Notes under the pieces: generated by a model | Database searches by the model: none | What the model was told of the DNA's origin: nothing | What the model saw: only the letters and a program-made list of their open reading frames with translations | Shown here: positions 45,930 through 56,504 of the stretch, in pieces | Layout: each line of letters opens with the position of its first letter | Position numbering within the stretch: position 1 is the first letter of the stretch | Assembly (NCBI GenBank): GCA_965208505.1 | Contig: OZ242339.1 | Coordinates: 621,040 to 685,039, forward strand | Length of the DNA stretch: 64,000 nucleotides | Direction: 5' to 3' | DNA from: Acidimicrobiales bacterium | GTDB lineage: Bacteria > Actinomycetota > Acidimicrobiia > Acidimicrobiales > Bin134 | Program-made: the position numbers and the translations under genes

Positions 45930-47909
45930 TCATGCGTCCTGCCCTGCCGCCTGCTCGGGATCGAGGACCGGTGATTGGCCGGTTTGAGCCTCGGGATCCT
46001 GAGCCGGTACTTCTCCGGGCCCAGCCTCGGGCGGAACAGTCTCTTCGGGCTCTACCTCTTCCCCGGGCGGCGCAATTGTGCAGAGGTCTGCCCTGTTGTC
46101 TTCGTCGACGTCAGCCGGCGCATGGGTGTCGGTGCAATCCTCAGGGGCGACGCACTCCACGGGCAGGCCGTCTGCGTCCAAATCCACCTCGCCATCGCCA
46201 TCGGCGTCCATCGGCAGCACCGACGACGTACACACTCCCTGGCAGTTAATGCCCTCCCGGGGTTGATAGAGCGCGGTCACCGAGTCTCGCAGCACGGTAC
46301 CGTCGGAGTAGGTCCGACTGCGTTCGGTGGTCCTCAAGGTGCAGTACCTCCGCGGGGTGTCGTAGCGATTGGTCCATTCCACCTCGGCATAGGCAGTGGA
46401 ATAGACGCTGACGGTGACGCTGCCCTCGGTCACCGTGGGCCACAAAAGCACCGCGTAGGGGTTGGGGTTGCGGAACTTGAAGTCGGGCTTGGGCCAGGAG
46501 ATGGTGGCATCCACACCCTCGCGGTAGCGGGAGATGTCGATGCTGTGCGCCTGGTATTCGGGGAACTCCATCCCGGCGTTGAAGGTGGCGGTGAACAGGG
46601 TGGTGATGAACTGGGAGATGCCCCCGCCCACATCTGAGGAATACACGCCGTCGTAGATCACCCCGGCGTCCACGAACCCCTTATCCTCGGTGCGCTCACC
46701 CACGTAATCGTTGACCGAGAAGGTCTCACCCGGATAGACCACCGCCCCCTGGATCAGGTCGGCGATACGGTGGATGTTGGAGACCCGGTCTTGGCCCGGC
46801 GTGTAGTAGGTAGTGAAGCGCCCGGTTAGCTCCACGATCCCCCGTTCCTCCAGCCAGCTCTGGTCGTTCATCTCATCTGACTCCCGCAGTTCCAACTCCA
46901 CGGCGGGCTGCGCGGTGTCCAAGGCGGCCAGCACCTCTTGAGCCGCGGTCAGCTGGCAGCAGATGTACGACGGGACTTCGCTGACCAGCACCGGCACATC
47001 GTCTTGGATGGTGAGCACCGGCTCGGATGCCACGGTGGCCACCTCGATGAACAGTTCGGCCAGATCTTCTGTTATCTGCTGTTGGTCGACGCCATAGGAC
47101 CACTGGTTGTTCTCGGAATGAAGCGTTAGCCAGGTGCGAAGCTGGGCCGGCTGCACTCGCTTGGTGACCTCCTCCACGGTCACCAGGATTCCCTGGCCGG
47201 TGCGCTGGTTGATCCAGTCCACCGTTTGCAGCATCGACTCTTCGCCTGCCTCGGGTGGAATCAGGCGAACTTCGGCCTCGACCCTCAAGGGATCGTCGCC
47301 CCGGACAGCGGACTCCAGCAGTCGGGGGAGCGCCGGGGCCAGGTCGGCAATCTCCCCGGGCACACCGGGCTCCACTTGGAATATGCCGTTCTCCAGCACG
47401 ATGTGCGGGTCGACCGGGGCGCGATGCAGATCAGCCTCCAGGCGGGCCACCCGGCTGGCGTCGGCCGACATGGTGAACAGCAGCTCTGACCGAGAGCTCT
47501 CAAAGAACGAGGCCGTCCAGCCAATGGGATTGCCCGTCCCGCTGTCCAATTCCATGATCGCAGCCACAGTGCCCTCCACGTCCACCGCCAGCCCCGTCTC
47601 TGCGGCAGTGACGGTGATGGTCTGGCTTGGGGTGGCGATCTCCACTGGCGTCTGCTGGAAGCGCACGGCCAGATCGACGACCACCGCGGTCACGTCTTCC
47701 TCGCTCAATCCGCCGATGTCGATGCCGACGTCGGTGATGATCGGGCTCTCGATCTTCAATCCTCGGGGGGTCTTGTCGCCGCTTCCGGAGAAGTCAATCA
47801 GCCAGATCAGCAGCCAAACGACGAGGATCAGCACCGGTACGACCATGAGTGCCCAGACCCAAAGCGGGAGGGGAGGGCGGCGCAGGCGAAGTGGTGGTGA
47901 GCGATCCAT
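45930..47909 (-). CDS. VanW-domain membrane-anchored protein
   Basis: N-terminal TM; RVSNI, PGETFSVN, GGGISQF.TTLF, HS..I.RY..G.DAT. Confidence 0.85.
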   Translation of the reverse strand: MDRSPPLRLRRPPLPLWVWALMVVPVLILVVWLLIWLIDFSGSGDKTPRGLKIESPIITDVGIDIGGLSEEDVTAVVVDLAVRFQQTPVEIATPSQTITVTAAETGLAVDVEGTVAAIMELDSGTGNPIGWTASFFESSRSELLFTMSADASRVARLEADLHRAPVDPHIVLENGIFQVEPGVPGEIADLAPALPRLLESAVRGDDPLRVEAEVRLIPPEAGEESMLQTVDWINQRTGQGILVTVEEVTKRVQPAQLRTWLTLHSENNQWSYGVDQQQITEDLAELFIEVATVASEPVLTIQDDVPVLVSEVPSYICCQLTAAQEVLAALDTAQPAVELELRESDEMNDQSWLEERGIVELTGRFTTYYTPGQDRVSNIHRIADLIQGAVVYPGETFSVNDYVGERTEDKGFVDAGVIYDGVYSSDVGGGISQFITTLFTATFNAGMEFPEYQAHSIDISRYREGVDATISWPKPDFKFRNPNPYAVLLWPTVTEGSVTVSVYSTAYAEVEWTNRYDTPRRYCTLRTTERSRTYSDGTVLRDSVTALYQPREGINCQGVCTSSVLPMDADGDGEVDLDADGLPVECVAPEDCTDTHAPADVDEDNRADLCTIAPPGEEVEPEETVPPEAGPGEVPAQDPEAQTGQSPVLDPEQAAGQDA

Positions 47910-47979
47910 TTGGATTACCGGATCGTAGTTGGATCGCCATTCCCATCAGGGTCGGGCTGGGGGGCGAACATGGTTGAGC

Positions 47980-48639
47980 CTAAAAGAGCTTGGCCTGGTC
48001 GGGTTCGATGCCCCTGAGCAGGTCGTAGTCGATCTCGACGCAATCAATGTCCCGATCAGCGCCCAGGGCCCGAGCTTGGGGACGGACAACCTGGGCGGCG
48101 AGCAGGCCCCGCACCGGAGCCAGGGCTGGATCTTGGTTCAAGAACTGGAGGTAACGGGTGAGTTGCTCCACTCCGGCGATTTCTCCGCGCCGCTTCACCT
48201 CCACCGCGATGGCGTTCCCTTCGGCGTCGCGGCACAGCAGATCCACCGGGCCGATATCGGTGGGGAATTCCCGTCTCACCAGCCGGAATCCGTCGCCCAG
48301 CACTTGGGGAGAGGCGGCTAGCAGTTCTTGCAGATGGGCCTCCACTCCGTCTTTGTCCAAGCCGGGATCGTGGCCCAGCTCATGGTCGGTGTCGGAGATC
48401 AGTTCGTGGATGGTGATGGTCAGCTTCTCGCCGGCTGGGTTAACCACCGTCCAAACGCCGTCTTCCTCCGACAGCCGGTTAGGAGCGTTCATCCAGTTCA
48501 GCGGCTTGTACGCCCCACCGTCGGCGTGGATGGCCACACAGCCGTCGGCCTTGATCATTATGAGCCGTACTGCCTCGGGCAGGTGCGCGGCCAGCCGGCC
48601 GTCGTAGTCAACTGAACATCGGGCGATTACCAGTCTCAC
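47980..48639 (-). CDS. nucS: Mismatch endonuclease NucS/EndoMS
   Basis: [40 protein letters not shown]. Confidence 0.95.
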   Translation of the reverse strand: MRLVIARCSVDYDGRLAAHLPEAVRLIMIKADGCVAIHADGGAYKPLNWMNAPNRLSEEDGVWTVVNPAGEKLTITIHELISDTDHELGHDPGLDKDGVEAHLQELLAASPQVLGDGFRLVRREFPTDIGPVDLLCRDAEGNAIAVEVKRRGEIAGVEQLTRYLQFLNQDPALAPVRGLLAAQVVRPQARALGADRDIDCVEIDYDLLRGIEPDQAKLF

Positions 48640-48675
48640 TGCGGCTCTCAATCTACGAGGAGACGGCGGTGCGTA

Positions 48676-49404
48676 TCACCGAGCGACAACGGCAGAGGCG
48701 AATTCGGGGTGGCAGATCACGAAATCGGAGACGTAGGTGTCGGATTGATTGAACCGTAGCTCGGTCCCGCTGAGATGGGAGACATGCAGACCGGCAGCAG
48801 CGGCTACCGCCGCAGGGGCGCACAAGTCCCATTCGTGCAGACCCGATGCATGGGCGTACACCTCGGCTTCGCCGCGTATTACTGCGGCGGCCTTGGCCCC
48901 CGCCGAGCCCAACTGGACGATGGAGGCACCGATGTCATCGGCAATGCGGCGAGAAAGGCGGCCGGGTCGGCTCCTGCTGGTGATGACCCGGGGCGGGTCG
49001 GCTGCCGCTGGTGCGGATGGGGCCGGCTCGGTAGCCAGCGTCATGCCCTGGGCGGGCAGGGCCACCGCCGCGGCCGAGGGCTGGTTGTCGATAACCAGGG
49101 CCACGTGGACGGCCCAGTCGATGCGTCCGGGGATGGAGAACTCTCGGGTGCCGTCCAAAGGGTCCACGATCCACACTCGGTCGTGCTCGAGTCGTCGACG
49201 GTTGTCCATCGACTCCTCGGAAAGCACGAGGTCGTCGGGTCGGTGCCGATGGATGGCATTGGCGATGAAATCGTGGGCGGCAGCATCGCCTCGGGCCCCC
49301 ACGGCAAATGGGGCCAGCCGCTGCCCGCTCAGCTCGGCCCGCAAGTCAACCAGCAGCTCACCCGCTTCGGTTGCCAGATGAGCGGCCAGTTGGTGGTCGT
49401 TCAC
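48676..49404 (-). CDS. cysQ: 3'(2'),5'-bisphosphate nucleotidase (copy 1)
   Basis: LSEE, WIVDPLDGTREF, GSAGAK, EWDLCAP. Confidence 0.85.
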   Translation of the reverse strand: MNDHQLAAHLATEAGELLVDLRAELSGQRLAPFAVGARGDAAAHDFIANAIHRHRPDDLVLSEESMDNRRRLEHDRVWIVDPLDGTREFSIPGRIDWAVHVALVIDNQPSAAAVALPAQGMTLATEPAPSAPAAADPPRVITSRSRPGRLSRRIADDIGASIVQLGSAGAKAAAVIRGEAEVYAHASGLHEWDLCAPAAVAAAAGLHVSHLSGTELRFNQSDTYVSDFVICHPEFASAVVAR

Positions 49405-50186
49405 GGCAGCGGCGAGATGTCGAGCAAGTCCACGACTTGGTCGCGCAGTCCGGAGGCAACGGCGATGAAACCGTCCATCAGCGGGTCGGCCCGGTTGAAG
49501 GTCACATCGGCGCCGTCGGTCCCGAATACCCGTCCGCCTCCAGCTAGAACCAGCGCGGCCCCGCCGGCCACATCCCACTCGTTCTTGGGGACCAGCGTCC
49601 AGGTGGCGTCGGCCAGTCCGGCGCCCACCAGGCTCAGCTTGTAGGCCACCGAGCCCATGTTGCGCACTGCGATCGGCGTGGAGAAGAACCGCTCCCACTC
49701 GCCTCGCTTCACCTCGCTGCGCGAGGCCAGAACCAGCGCGCCTCGAATATCTGTGCTGTCTGTCGTGCCGGCGGGCTGACCGTTGCACTCCACTCCGGTT
49801 TCGTCTGATCCGATTATGAGGTGGCCGTTGGGCGGGCTCATGACGCCCCCGGCCACCGGCACGCCGTCTTCCACCAGCCCGACCGAGACACACCATTCGG
49901 GAATGCCGTCGATGAACTCGCGGGTGCCGTCGATGGGATCCACCACCCATACTCTCCGCCGTTCCAGTCGACTGGCGGCGTCGGTGGTCTCCTCAGACAG
50001 CCAGCCCTCGCCGCTGCCCCTCAGCATCTTGGCCAGCACCTCGTTCACCGCGGTGTCGGCAGCGGTCAGCGGGTCGCCGCCGTCCTTCAATTCGGCCTCG
50101 ACCTCCCCAGGGGTGAAGCGCTCCAACACCTCAGCGGCCGCGGCCAGCGCGTCGGCAATCCGGTCGAGATCGTCGGAGCGCGACAC
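49401..50186 (-). CDS. cysQ: 3'(2'),5'-bisphosphate nucleotidase / IMPase family (copy 2)
   Basis: LSEE, WVVDPIDGTREF, GSVAYK, EWDVA. Confidence 0.8.
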   Translation of the reverse strand: MSRSDDLDRIADALAAAAEVLERFTPGEVEAELKDGGDPLTAADTAVNEVLAKMLRGSGEGWLSEETTDAASRLERRRVWVVDPIDGTREFIDGIPEWCVSVGLVEDGVPVAGGVMSPPNGHLIIGSDETGVECNGQPAGTTDSTDIRGALVLASRSEVKRGEWERFFSTPIAVRNMGSVAYKLSLVGAGLADATWTLVPKNEWDVAGGAALVLAGGGRVFGTDGADVTFNRADPLMDGFIAVASGLRDQVVDLLDISPLP

Positions 50187-50187
50187 C

Positions 50188-51915
50188 TCAGTCGCCGATC
50201 GAGTCGAGGTACCCCTCGGCCTCCAGATGATCCATGATGGTCTGGGCCGATTCATCTGGGTCCTGATCCACGGTGGGCAGAACGATGTCGGCGTCGATGG
50301 GCTCCTCGTAGGGATCGGAGATGCCGGTGAACTCCTTGATGATGCCGGCCCGGGCCTTGGCATACAGACCCTTGCGGTCCCGCTCCTCGCACACCTCCAG
50401 CGGCGTGGACACGTGTACCAGCACGTAGCCGCCGTTGGCTGAGATGGCCTCCCGATTGCGGCGACGGGGTTCGGCGTAGGGGGCGATCGGCGCGCAGATG
50501 GCGATGCCGCCGTGCTTGGTGATCTCCGAGGCCACATAGCCGATGCGGGTGATGTTGATGTCGCGGTGCTCCTTGGAGAACCCCAGCTCTGACGACAGGT
50601 TGGTGCGCACGATGTCGCCGTCCAGCAGGGTGACCGGCCGTCCGCCCCGCTCCAGCAGCTTGGACATGAGCGCGTTGGCGATTGTGGACTTACCTGAGCC
50701 GCTTAGCCCGGTGAAGAACACGGTGAAGCCCTGCTTGGACTTCTGGGGGTGGGTGCGGCGCAGCTCGGCAACCACCTCGGGATAGCTGAACCATTCGGGA
50801 ATCTCGGCGCCTGACGCCAGCCGGTCGCGCAATTCGGTGCCGCTGATGCTGAGGGTGGCTGTTCCCTCGCCCACCTCATCGATCGGGTGGTAGCTGTCGC
50901 TGTCGGGGACGTACACCATCATCTTGAACGGCACCATGGTCACGCCCAGCTCGTCGGTGTAGTCCTTCAACATGTCTTGGGCGTCGTAGGGGCCGTAGAA
51001 GGGCGTGCCCGAGGCGTCGGATCCCGGTCCGGCGTGGTCGCGGCCCACAATGAAGTGGGAGACGCCGTGGTTTTTGCGGATGATGGCGTGCCACACGGCC
51101 TCCCGTGGACCGCCCATGCGCATGGCCAGCGGCAGCATGGCCAGCATGGCCGAGTCCGCGGGGTAGCGCTTGATGATGTGCTGGTACACCCGGCCTCGGG
51201 TGTAGTGGTCCACGTCGCCGGGCTTGGTCATGCCCACCACGGGGTGGATAAGCAGGTTGGCGTCGGCCTCCACCGCGGCCCTTCTGGTCAGCTCCACATG
51301 GGCCCGGTGCATCGGGTTGCGGGTTTGGAAGGCCACCACCCGGCTCCATCCCGCCGCATCGAACGCGGCCCGCAGCTGGCCCGGGGTGCTCCGCAGTTCG
51401 GTGAAGTCGTAGTGGACGGGGAGTTGCAAACCCTGCACAGATCCGCCGAGATAAACCGGGGCGGTGCTCCGCATCAGGTGGCCGACACCGGGGTGATCGG
51501 GGTCGGAGCTGGCGAACACCGCCTCGGCTTCTGCGGCGGTGTCGGGCCGCCACGCGTCGCTCACCGTGAGCACAGCCAGCATGACCCCTTCCACGTCTCG
51601 CAGCGCCAGCCGACCGGCGGCCTGGGCCGCCTCGGCCGTCTTGGCATCCACATCCAGGGTTATGGGCATCGGCCACAGTGTCCCGTCGGCCAGCCGCATT
51701 TCGGAGCACACCCGGTCGTAGTCGCTTTGTCCCATGAAGCCGCGCAGCGGGGAGAAGCCTCCGTTCAACAACAGCTCCAGATCGCACAAGTGGCGGGGCT
51801 GGAGGGTGAACGACGGCAGGTCGCGCGACGCCTCTTTGAGTTCTTCGGCGGTGGCGCTGTCGACCATCAGGTCGACCAGTTCGCCGCCGTGGGGTTGGAT
51901 CAGATTTGAAACCAC
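50188..51915 (-). CDS. sat: Bifunctional sulfate adenylyltransferase / adenylylsulfate kinase
   Basis: FQTRNPMHRAH, VGRDHAG, TGLSGSGKST, LDGD, FTGISDPYE. Confidence 0.95.
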   Translation of the reverse strand: MVSNLIQPHGGELVDLMVDSATAEELKEASRDLPSFTLQPRHLCDLELLLNGGFSPLRGFMGQSDYDRVCSEMRLADGTLWPMPITLDVDAKTAEAAQAAGRLALRDVEGVMLAVLTVSDAWRPDTAAEAEAVFASSDPDHPGVGHLMRSTAPVYLGGSVQGLQLPVHYDFTELRSTPGQLRAAFDAAGWSRVVAFQTRNPMHRAHVELTRRAAVEADANLLIHPVVGMTKPGDVDHYTRGRVYQHIIKRYPADSAMLAMLPLAMRMGGPREAVWHAIIRKNHGVSHFIVGRDHAGPGSDASGTPFYGPYDAQDMLKDYTDELGVTMVPFKMMVYVPDSDSYHPIDEVGEGTATLSISGTELRDRLASGAEIPEWFSYPEVVAELRRTHPQKSKQGFTVFFTGLSGSGKSTIANALMSKLLERGGRPVTLLDGDIVRTNLSSELGFSKEHRDINITRIGYVASEITKHGGIAICAPIAPYAEPRRRNREAISANGGYVLVHVSTPLEVCEERDRKGLYAKARAGIIKEFTGISDPYEEPIDADIVLPTVDQDPDESAQTIMDHLEAEGYLDSIGD

Positions 51916-52009
51916 GGAGGTATTTCATATCGCAGGCTGGACTCGATTAAGCCATCGAGCCGTCAATCCACCCCATCAATTCACAGACGGACCCCTAGCA
52001 TCTCGATGG

Positions 52010-53767
52010 ATGGATGGCGACGCGGTGCTCACCGTCGCGGTATTGGCGGTAATGGGTGCCGGGCTCATCAGCAACCGGCTCTCACCCGCCGCGGGGGTGC
52101 TGGGTGCTGTCGGCGGGCTGTTCTTGCTCAGGGTGATCGACTTCGACGCGGCCTTCAGCGGGTTCGCCAACCCCGCTCCCTTCACCATTGGAGCTCTGTA
52201 CGTGGTGGCTGGCGCGGTGACCAAGACCAACGCGCTTCAGCCTCTGGTGGCTCGGATGCTGGACCGGGGGTCTCAGACCCGGGTTGCGCTGTTCCGGCTG
52301 TTGGCACCGGCTAGCGCGGCGTCGGCATTTTTGGCCAACACCCCCATCGTGGCCATGCTGGTGCCTGCGGTGCGGGGCTGGACCGAGCGCTACGGCCGGT
52401 CTGCCTCCCGGTTCCTGATCCCGCTCTCGTACGCCACCATCTTGGGCGGGGCCGTCACCGCCATCGGAACCAGCACCAACCTGGTATTGGGCGGCCTGCT
52501 GCAATCTGTGGGCCAAGACGAACTGGAAATGTTTGAGCTGGCCCGCTTTGGCCTTCCCCTAGCCGGCGCCGGGTTGGTGCTGATCGTGCTTGCTGCTCCT
52601 TGGCTGTTGCCCGATAGGAGAGATCCCGCGGCGTCTGGGGTGGGCCGTTCCTATCTGGTGTCCATGTACGTGGTCGAGAGAGGGGCATTTGACGGGCAGT
52701 CGGTGGAGGCCGGGGGACTGCGCCATCTCCAAGGTGTGTTCTTGGTGGAGGTGGAGCGGCAGGGAACCGTCATAGCCCCCGTTGCCCCCACTTTCGTGCT
52801 CCGGGGCGGCGACCGGCTCACGTTCGCCGGAAGGGTGGACTTGGTACTTGACCTCCAAGCCATGTCTGGGCTGATCTCGGCTGAGGATCCCCACCTGGAA
52901 GCGGTGGACTCCGACGACCACACCTTCTTCGAGGCTGTGGTGGGAGCGGCGTCACCCCTCAGCGGGCGCACGCTGGCCGAGGCCGGTTTCCGCGGCCGCT
53001 ATCAGGCCGCCGTGGTGGGCATCCACCGCTCCGGTGCCACGGTGGAGGCCAAGTTCGGCCAGGTGAGGCTGCGTACTGGCGACACTCTGCTGGTGCTGGC
53101 CGCCGACGGTTTCGATGAGCGGTGGAGCAACCACAACGACTTCTTGTTGGTGTCCCGTCTGGGCGGGTCGCCGCCGCGGGCCACCCGACGGGCCCCGGTG
53201 GCGCTGCTGGCGATTGTGGCGCTGGTGGTGCTGCCCGCGTCGGGGGTGCTTAGCGTGTTGGAGGCGTCGCTGATCGCTGCGGGCGCGGTGGTTCTGGGCG
53301 GGGTGCTGACGCCACGAGAAGCCCGAGAGTCGGTGGACTTCAGCGTGCTCATCACCATCGGAGCAGCGTTTGGGCTGGGGGCGGCATTGGATGAAGCCGG
53401 TTTGGCCACCGACCTGGCCGACGGCATCGTCACCGGCTTCGACTTCTTGGGCGGTACCGGGGTGGTGCTGGGCATCGTGATCGCCACCATGCTCCTCACC
53501 GAGCTCATCACCAACGTGGCCGCAGTGGCGCTGGTGTTCCCGGTGGCGCTGGAGGCGGCCGCTCAGTCCGGCTTGGACCCCCGCACCCTGGCGCTCGGGG
53601 TGGCCGTTGCCGCCTCGGCGTCTTTCTTGACCCCCATTGGCTACCAGACCAACACCATGGTCTACGGACCGGGTCGCTACCGCTTCACCGACTACCTCCG
53701 CCTCGGAGTGCCCATGTCGATCCTTACTCTGGCCCTGCTCACCACCCTGGTGGCCGCTGCCGCCTGA
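52010..53767 (+). CDS. SLC13 anion (probably sulfate) permease with TrkA-C domains
   Basis: IGTSTNL, FLTPIGYQTN.MVYGPG.Y.F.DY. Confidence 0.88.
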   Translation: MDGDAVLTVAVLAVMGAGLISNRLSPAAGVLGAVGGLFLLRVIDFDAAFSGFANPAPFTIGALYVVAGAVTKTNALQPLVARMLDRGSQTRVALFRLLAPASAASAFLANTPIVAMLVPAVRGWTERYGRSASRFLIPLSYATILGGAVTAIGTSTNLVLGGLLQSVGQDELEMFELARFGLPLAGAGLVLIVLAAPWLLPDRRDPAASGVGRSYLVSMYVVERGAFDGQSVEAGGLRHLQGVFLVEVERQGTVIAPVAPTFVLRGGDRLTFAGRVDLVLDLQAMSGLISAEDPHLEAVDSDDHTFFEAVVGAASPLSGRTLAEAGFRGRYQAAVVGIHRSGATVEAKFGQVRLRTGDTLLVLAADGFDERWSNHNDFLLVSRLGGSPPRATRRAPVALLAIVALVVLPASGVLSVLEASLIAAGAVVLGGVLTPREARESVDFSVLITIGAAFGLGAALDEAGLATDLADGIVTGFDFLGGTGVVLGIVIATMLLTELITNVAAVALVFPVALEAAAQSGLDPRTLALGVAVAASASFLTPIGYQTNTMVYGPGRYRFTDYLRLGVPMSILTLALLTTLVAAAA

Positions 53768-53778
53768 CCTCGGCGGAT

Positions 53779-54867
53779 CTACAGCACCCCGGAGGCCATT
53801 ACGGCGGCGTGGGCCAGCATGGCGTCCACTCGGCGGGCGATGTCGTGTACGTCGCCGGCGGTGGACATGCCCCCGGTCATGCCCTTCAGGCGCCGGGCGT
53901 AGGCCCCTTCAACGATGCATGCCTGCTTCCACCAGCTGAACACGGCGTAGTAGCCGAGATCGGACAGATCGAAGCCCGACTGGGCCGCGTAGCGTTCGGC
54001 CACCTCATCTCGGCGGACGAAGCAGTCGCGCAATGTTGGCGGATCGGTGAGGAAGCTCATCTCGTCACCGGGGTCGGCCCAGTACTGAAGCGACCAGGCG
54101 AAGTCGGCTATTGGGTTGCCGGTGGTACACAGCTCCCAGTCCAAAACCGCGGCGATCCTCCACTGGTCGTCGAGCACCGTGTTGTCGAACCGGTAGTCGC
54201 CGTGGGCCAACGCCGGGGGAGCAACTTCGGCTGGCTTGGACGCGCTCAGCCGCTCATGCAGTTCGATGAGCAAGGGCACTTCCCTCACGCCTGCGGCTTC
54301 CACCTGACGGCGCCACCGCTTCAACTGGCGGCCGACGTAGTCCTCCCGGCGGCCCAGGTCGCCCAACCCCACGTCGTCGAGGTCGAGGGTGTGAAACGCG
54401 ATCTGCACATCGAGCAGGCTCTGGGTGGCGACCTCGGCCTGTTCTTTGGTCATGTCAGCTGCGGAGTCCTGATCGCGGAGGATCAAGCCCTCAACAAAGT
54501 CCATCACGTAGAAGTCGGCACCGTTGATGGAGTGGTCGTCGCAGAACGCCACCATCTCAGGCACCGGCACATCGCTGGCCTCGCCCAACGCGGCCATGAT
54601 GCGCCACTCCCGGCCCATGTCGTGGGCGGTGGCCAGTGCCGATCCCACTGGAGGACGGCGCAGCGCCCACTGCCGACCGCCGGCATCGGCCAACCGGAAG
54701 GTGAGGTTGGACCCGCCAGCCGCGATCAGGTCGAAGGCGAACGGGGGCTCGCTGTCGGCGACGTTGTCGGCCAGCCAGCCGGTTACCGGTTCAACGTCGA
54801 TGCCGGGAATATCGGTGCTCGAGGACTCCACCGCCTCAGTCTGGTATTCCGCTACGGTCAGTGCCAT
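53779..54867 (-). CDS. Phosphotransferase family protein (APH/ACAD10-like)
   Basis: GGSNLTF, LRRPP, HGDYRFDN, VLDWEL; start may instead be GTG at 54831. Confidence 0.88.
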   Translation of the reverse strand: MALTVAEYQTEAVESSSTDIPGIDVEPVTGWLADNVADSEPPFAFDLIAAGGSNLTFRLADAGGRQWALRRPPVGSALATAHDMGREWRIMAALGEASDVPVPEMVAFCDDHSINGADFYVMDFVEGLILRDQDSAADMTKEQAEVATQSLLDVQIAFHTLDLDDVGLGDLGRREDYVGRQLKRWRRQVEAAGVREVPLLIELHERLSASKPAEVAPPALAHGDYRFDNTVLDDQWRIAAVLDWELCTTGNPIADFAWSLQYWADPGDEMSFLTDPPTLRDCFVRRDEVAERYAAQSGFDLSDLGYYAVFSWWKQACIVEGAYARRLKGMTGGMSTAGDVHDIARRVDAMLAHAAVMASGVL

Positions 54868-55432
54868 GTCTCCGACTGCACTGCTGACCCGTCCCGATTC
54901 CACTCAATTTGAGGCCGATGACCTCGGCATTGCCCTGGGTTCGATGGACACGCCCATCGGGCAGCTGAACGTGGCCGCCACATCGCTGGGGTTGGTGAGG
55001 ATCGGCTTCGGCTACATGGAAGCGATACAGGACATGGTGTCTGAACTGGACGAACTGCCCTTCTCGATGGGCCAAGGCGACCCCGACTGGCTGGAAGAGC
55101 CCATCTCCCAGCTCCACCAGTATTTCGAAGGCCGCCGCCAGCGATTCGACCTGGAGTTGGACTGGCGGCTGAGCCACGGGTTCTATCGTCGGGTACTCCA
55201 CACCCTGATTGGGGTGGACTACGGCACCACGGTGTCCTACGGAGAGTTGGCCCGCATGGCCGGTTCCTCCAGGGCGGCTCGAGCAGTGGGAACGGCCATG
55301 TCCACCAACCCCTTCCCGCTGATCGTGCCCTGTCACCGGGTGGTGAGAAGCGACGGCTCGGTCGGAGAGTACGGAGGCCGACCCGAGGTCAAGACCTGGC
55401 TGATAGAGCACGAGCGCTCCCACCGCGGCTGA
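54866..55432 (+). CDS. ogt: Methylated-DNA-protein-cysteine methyltransferase
   Basis: ARAVG, NPFPLIVPCHRVV; start uncertain. Confidence 0.9.
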   Translation: MSPTALLTRPDSTQFEADDLGIALGSMDTPIGQLNVAATSLGLVRIGFGYMEAIQDMVSELDELPFSMGQGDPDWLEEPISQLHQYFEGRRQRFDLELDWRLSHGFYRRVLHTLIGVDYGTTVSYGELARMAGSSRAARAVGTAMSTNPFPLIVPCHRVVRSDGSVGEYGGRPEVKTWLIEHERSHRG

Positions 55433-56211
55433 TGGCTCGTCTCAGCAAGCTGGACCGGTCGGTGGCAGGGCGCGTGGCCTTGGTTACCGGCGCGGCCTCG
55501 GGTATGGGCCGGGCTACCGCCTGGCTGCTGGCCGACGAGGGGGCCAAGGTGGCCGCGCTGGACATCGAGAGCGAGGGGCTGAACGAGACGGTTGATGCCA
55601 TCACTGGCGCGGGCGGCACCGCACTGGCGGTGGTGTGCGATATGGCCGATTCCGAGGCCATCGATCGGTCGGTGGCCCAATTGCGGGCCGAACTGGGGCC
55701 GGTGGACATCCTGATCAACAACGCGGGCATTGCCGCCGGCGCCCCGGTGGACGCCGCAGAATACGAGGATGTGTGGGCCGCGGTGCTCGAGGTGAACTTG
55801 GCCGCCCAGATGCGCTTGGTGCGGGCCTGTCTAGACGACCTGAAGCGCAACGGCGACGGCCGTATCGTCAACGTGGCCTCCACTGAGGGAATCATGGCCA
55901 CCCCCAATAACTCGCCCTACACGGTGAGCAAGCACGGGGCGGTGGGGCTCACCCGGGCGCTGGCCGTGGAGCTGGGCCAATATGGGGTGACCGCCAATGC
56001 GGTGTGCCCCGGTCCTATCCGTACCGCCATGACCGGCAACATCCCCGAGGAGGCCAAGGAGAAATATGCCCGTCGCCGAGTGCCGCTCCGCCGTTACGGC
56101 GATCCCGAGGAAGTAGCCCAAATCACCCTGTCGCTGGTGCTGCCCGCCGCCTCATTCATCAATGGCGCCGTGGTGCTGGTAGACGGCGGCCTCCACGCCA
56201 AGTCGAACTAG
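55432..56211 (+). CDS. SDR oxidoreductase
   Basis: TGAASGMG, NNAG, YTVSK. Confidence 0.92.
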   Translation: MARLSKLDRSVAGRVALVTGAASGMGRATAWLLADEGAKVAALDIESEGLNETVDAITGAGGTALAVVCDMADSEAIDRSVAQLRAELGPVDILINNAGIAAGAPVDAAEYEDVWAAVLEVNLAAQMRLVRACLDDLKRNGDGRIVNVASTEGIMATPNNSPYTVSKHGAVGLTRALAVELGQYGVTANAVCPGPIRTAMTGNIPEEAKEKYARRRVPLRRYGDPEEVAQITLSLVLPAASFINGAVVLVDGGLHAKSN

Positions 56212-56237
56212 CCAGCTGTCGTTGAGGCTTATTGGGA

Positions 56238-56504
56238 TCAGGCGATCTTGCGCCCTTTCCTGCTCCAGAAGACGGCTTGGAGTTCGAAATCGTCGAACTC
56301 GTCCAAGCCTTCCTCTTCCTCGGTGTCCCAAAAGGAATGGGTCTCCACGAACGCGGTGTATTCGGCCAGCGGCTTGGGTTCGGGCAGGTCGGGGACGTTG
56401 CGGAATCGGCCGAACAGATCGGTGGAGACCCCGGACGCGCGCAGCAAGTAAACGCCGAGCAAATGCACGACGAGGAAGGCCCCTACTGCGATACCCAGTG
56501 TCAT
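56238..56504 (-). CDS. Small hypothetical membrane protein
   Basis: 88 aa, N-terminal TM segment, acidic tail; fills an intergenic gap. Confidence 0.55.
   Translation of the reverse strand: MTLGIAVGAFLVVHLLGVYLLRASGVSTDLFGRFRNVPDLPEPKPLAEYTAFVETHSFWDTEEEEGLDEFDDFELQAVFWSRKGRKIA

Noticed and set aside
45930-47909. VanW gene as a vancomycin resistance locus
   Set aside because: No vanHAX or vanRS genes; VanW domains are common outside resistance clusters
54865-54868. Back-to-back overlapping start codons (CATG) of the phosphotransferase and ogt
   Set aside because: Both genes have plausible downstream starts (GTG 54831, ATG 54944), so the overlap cannot be supported
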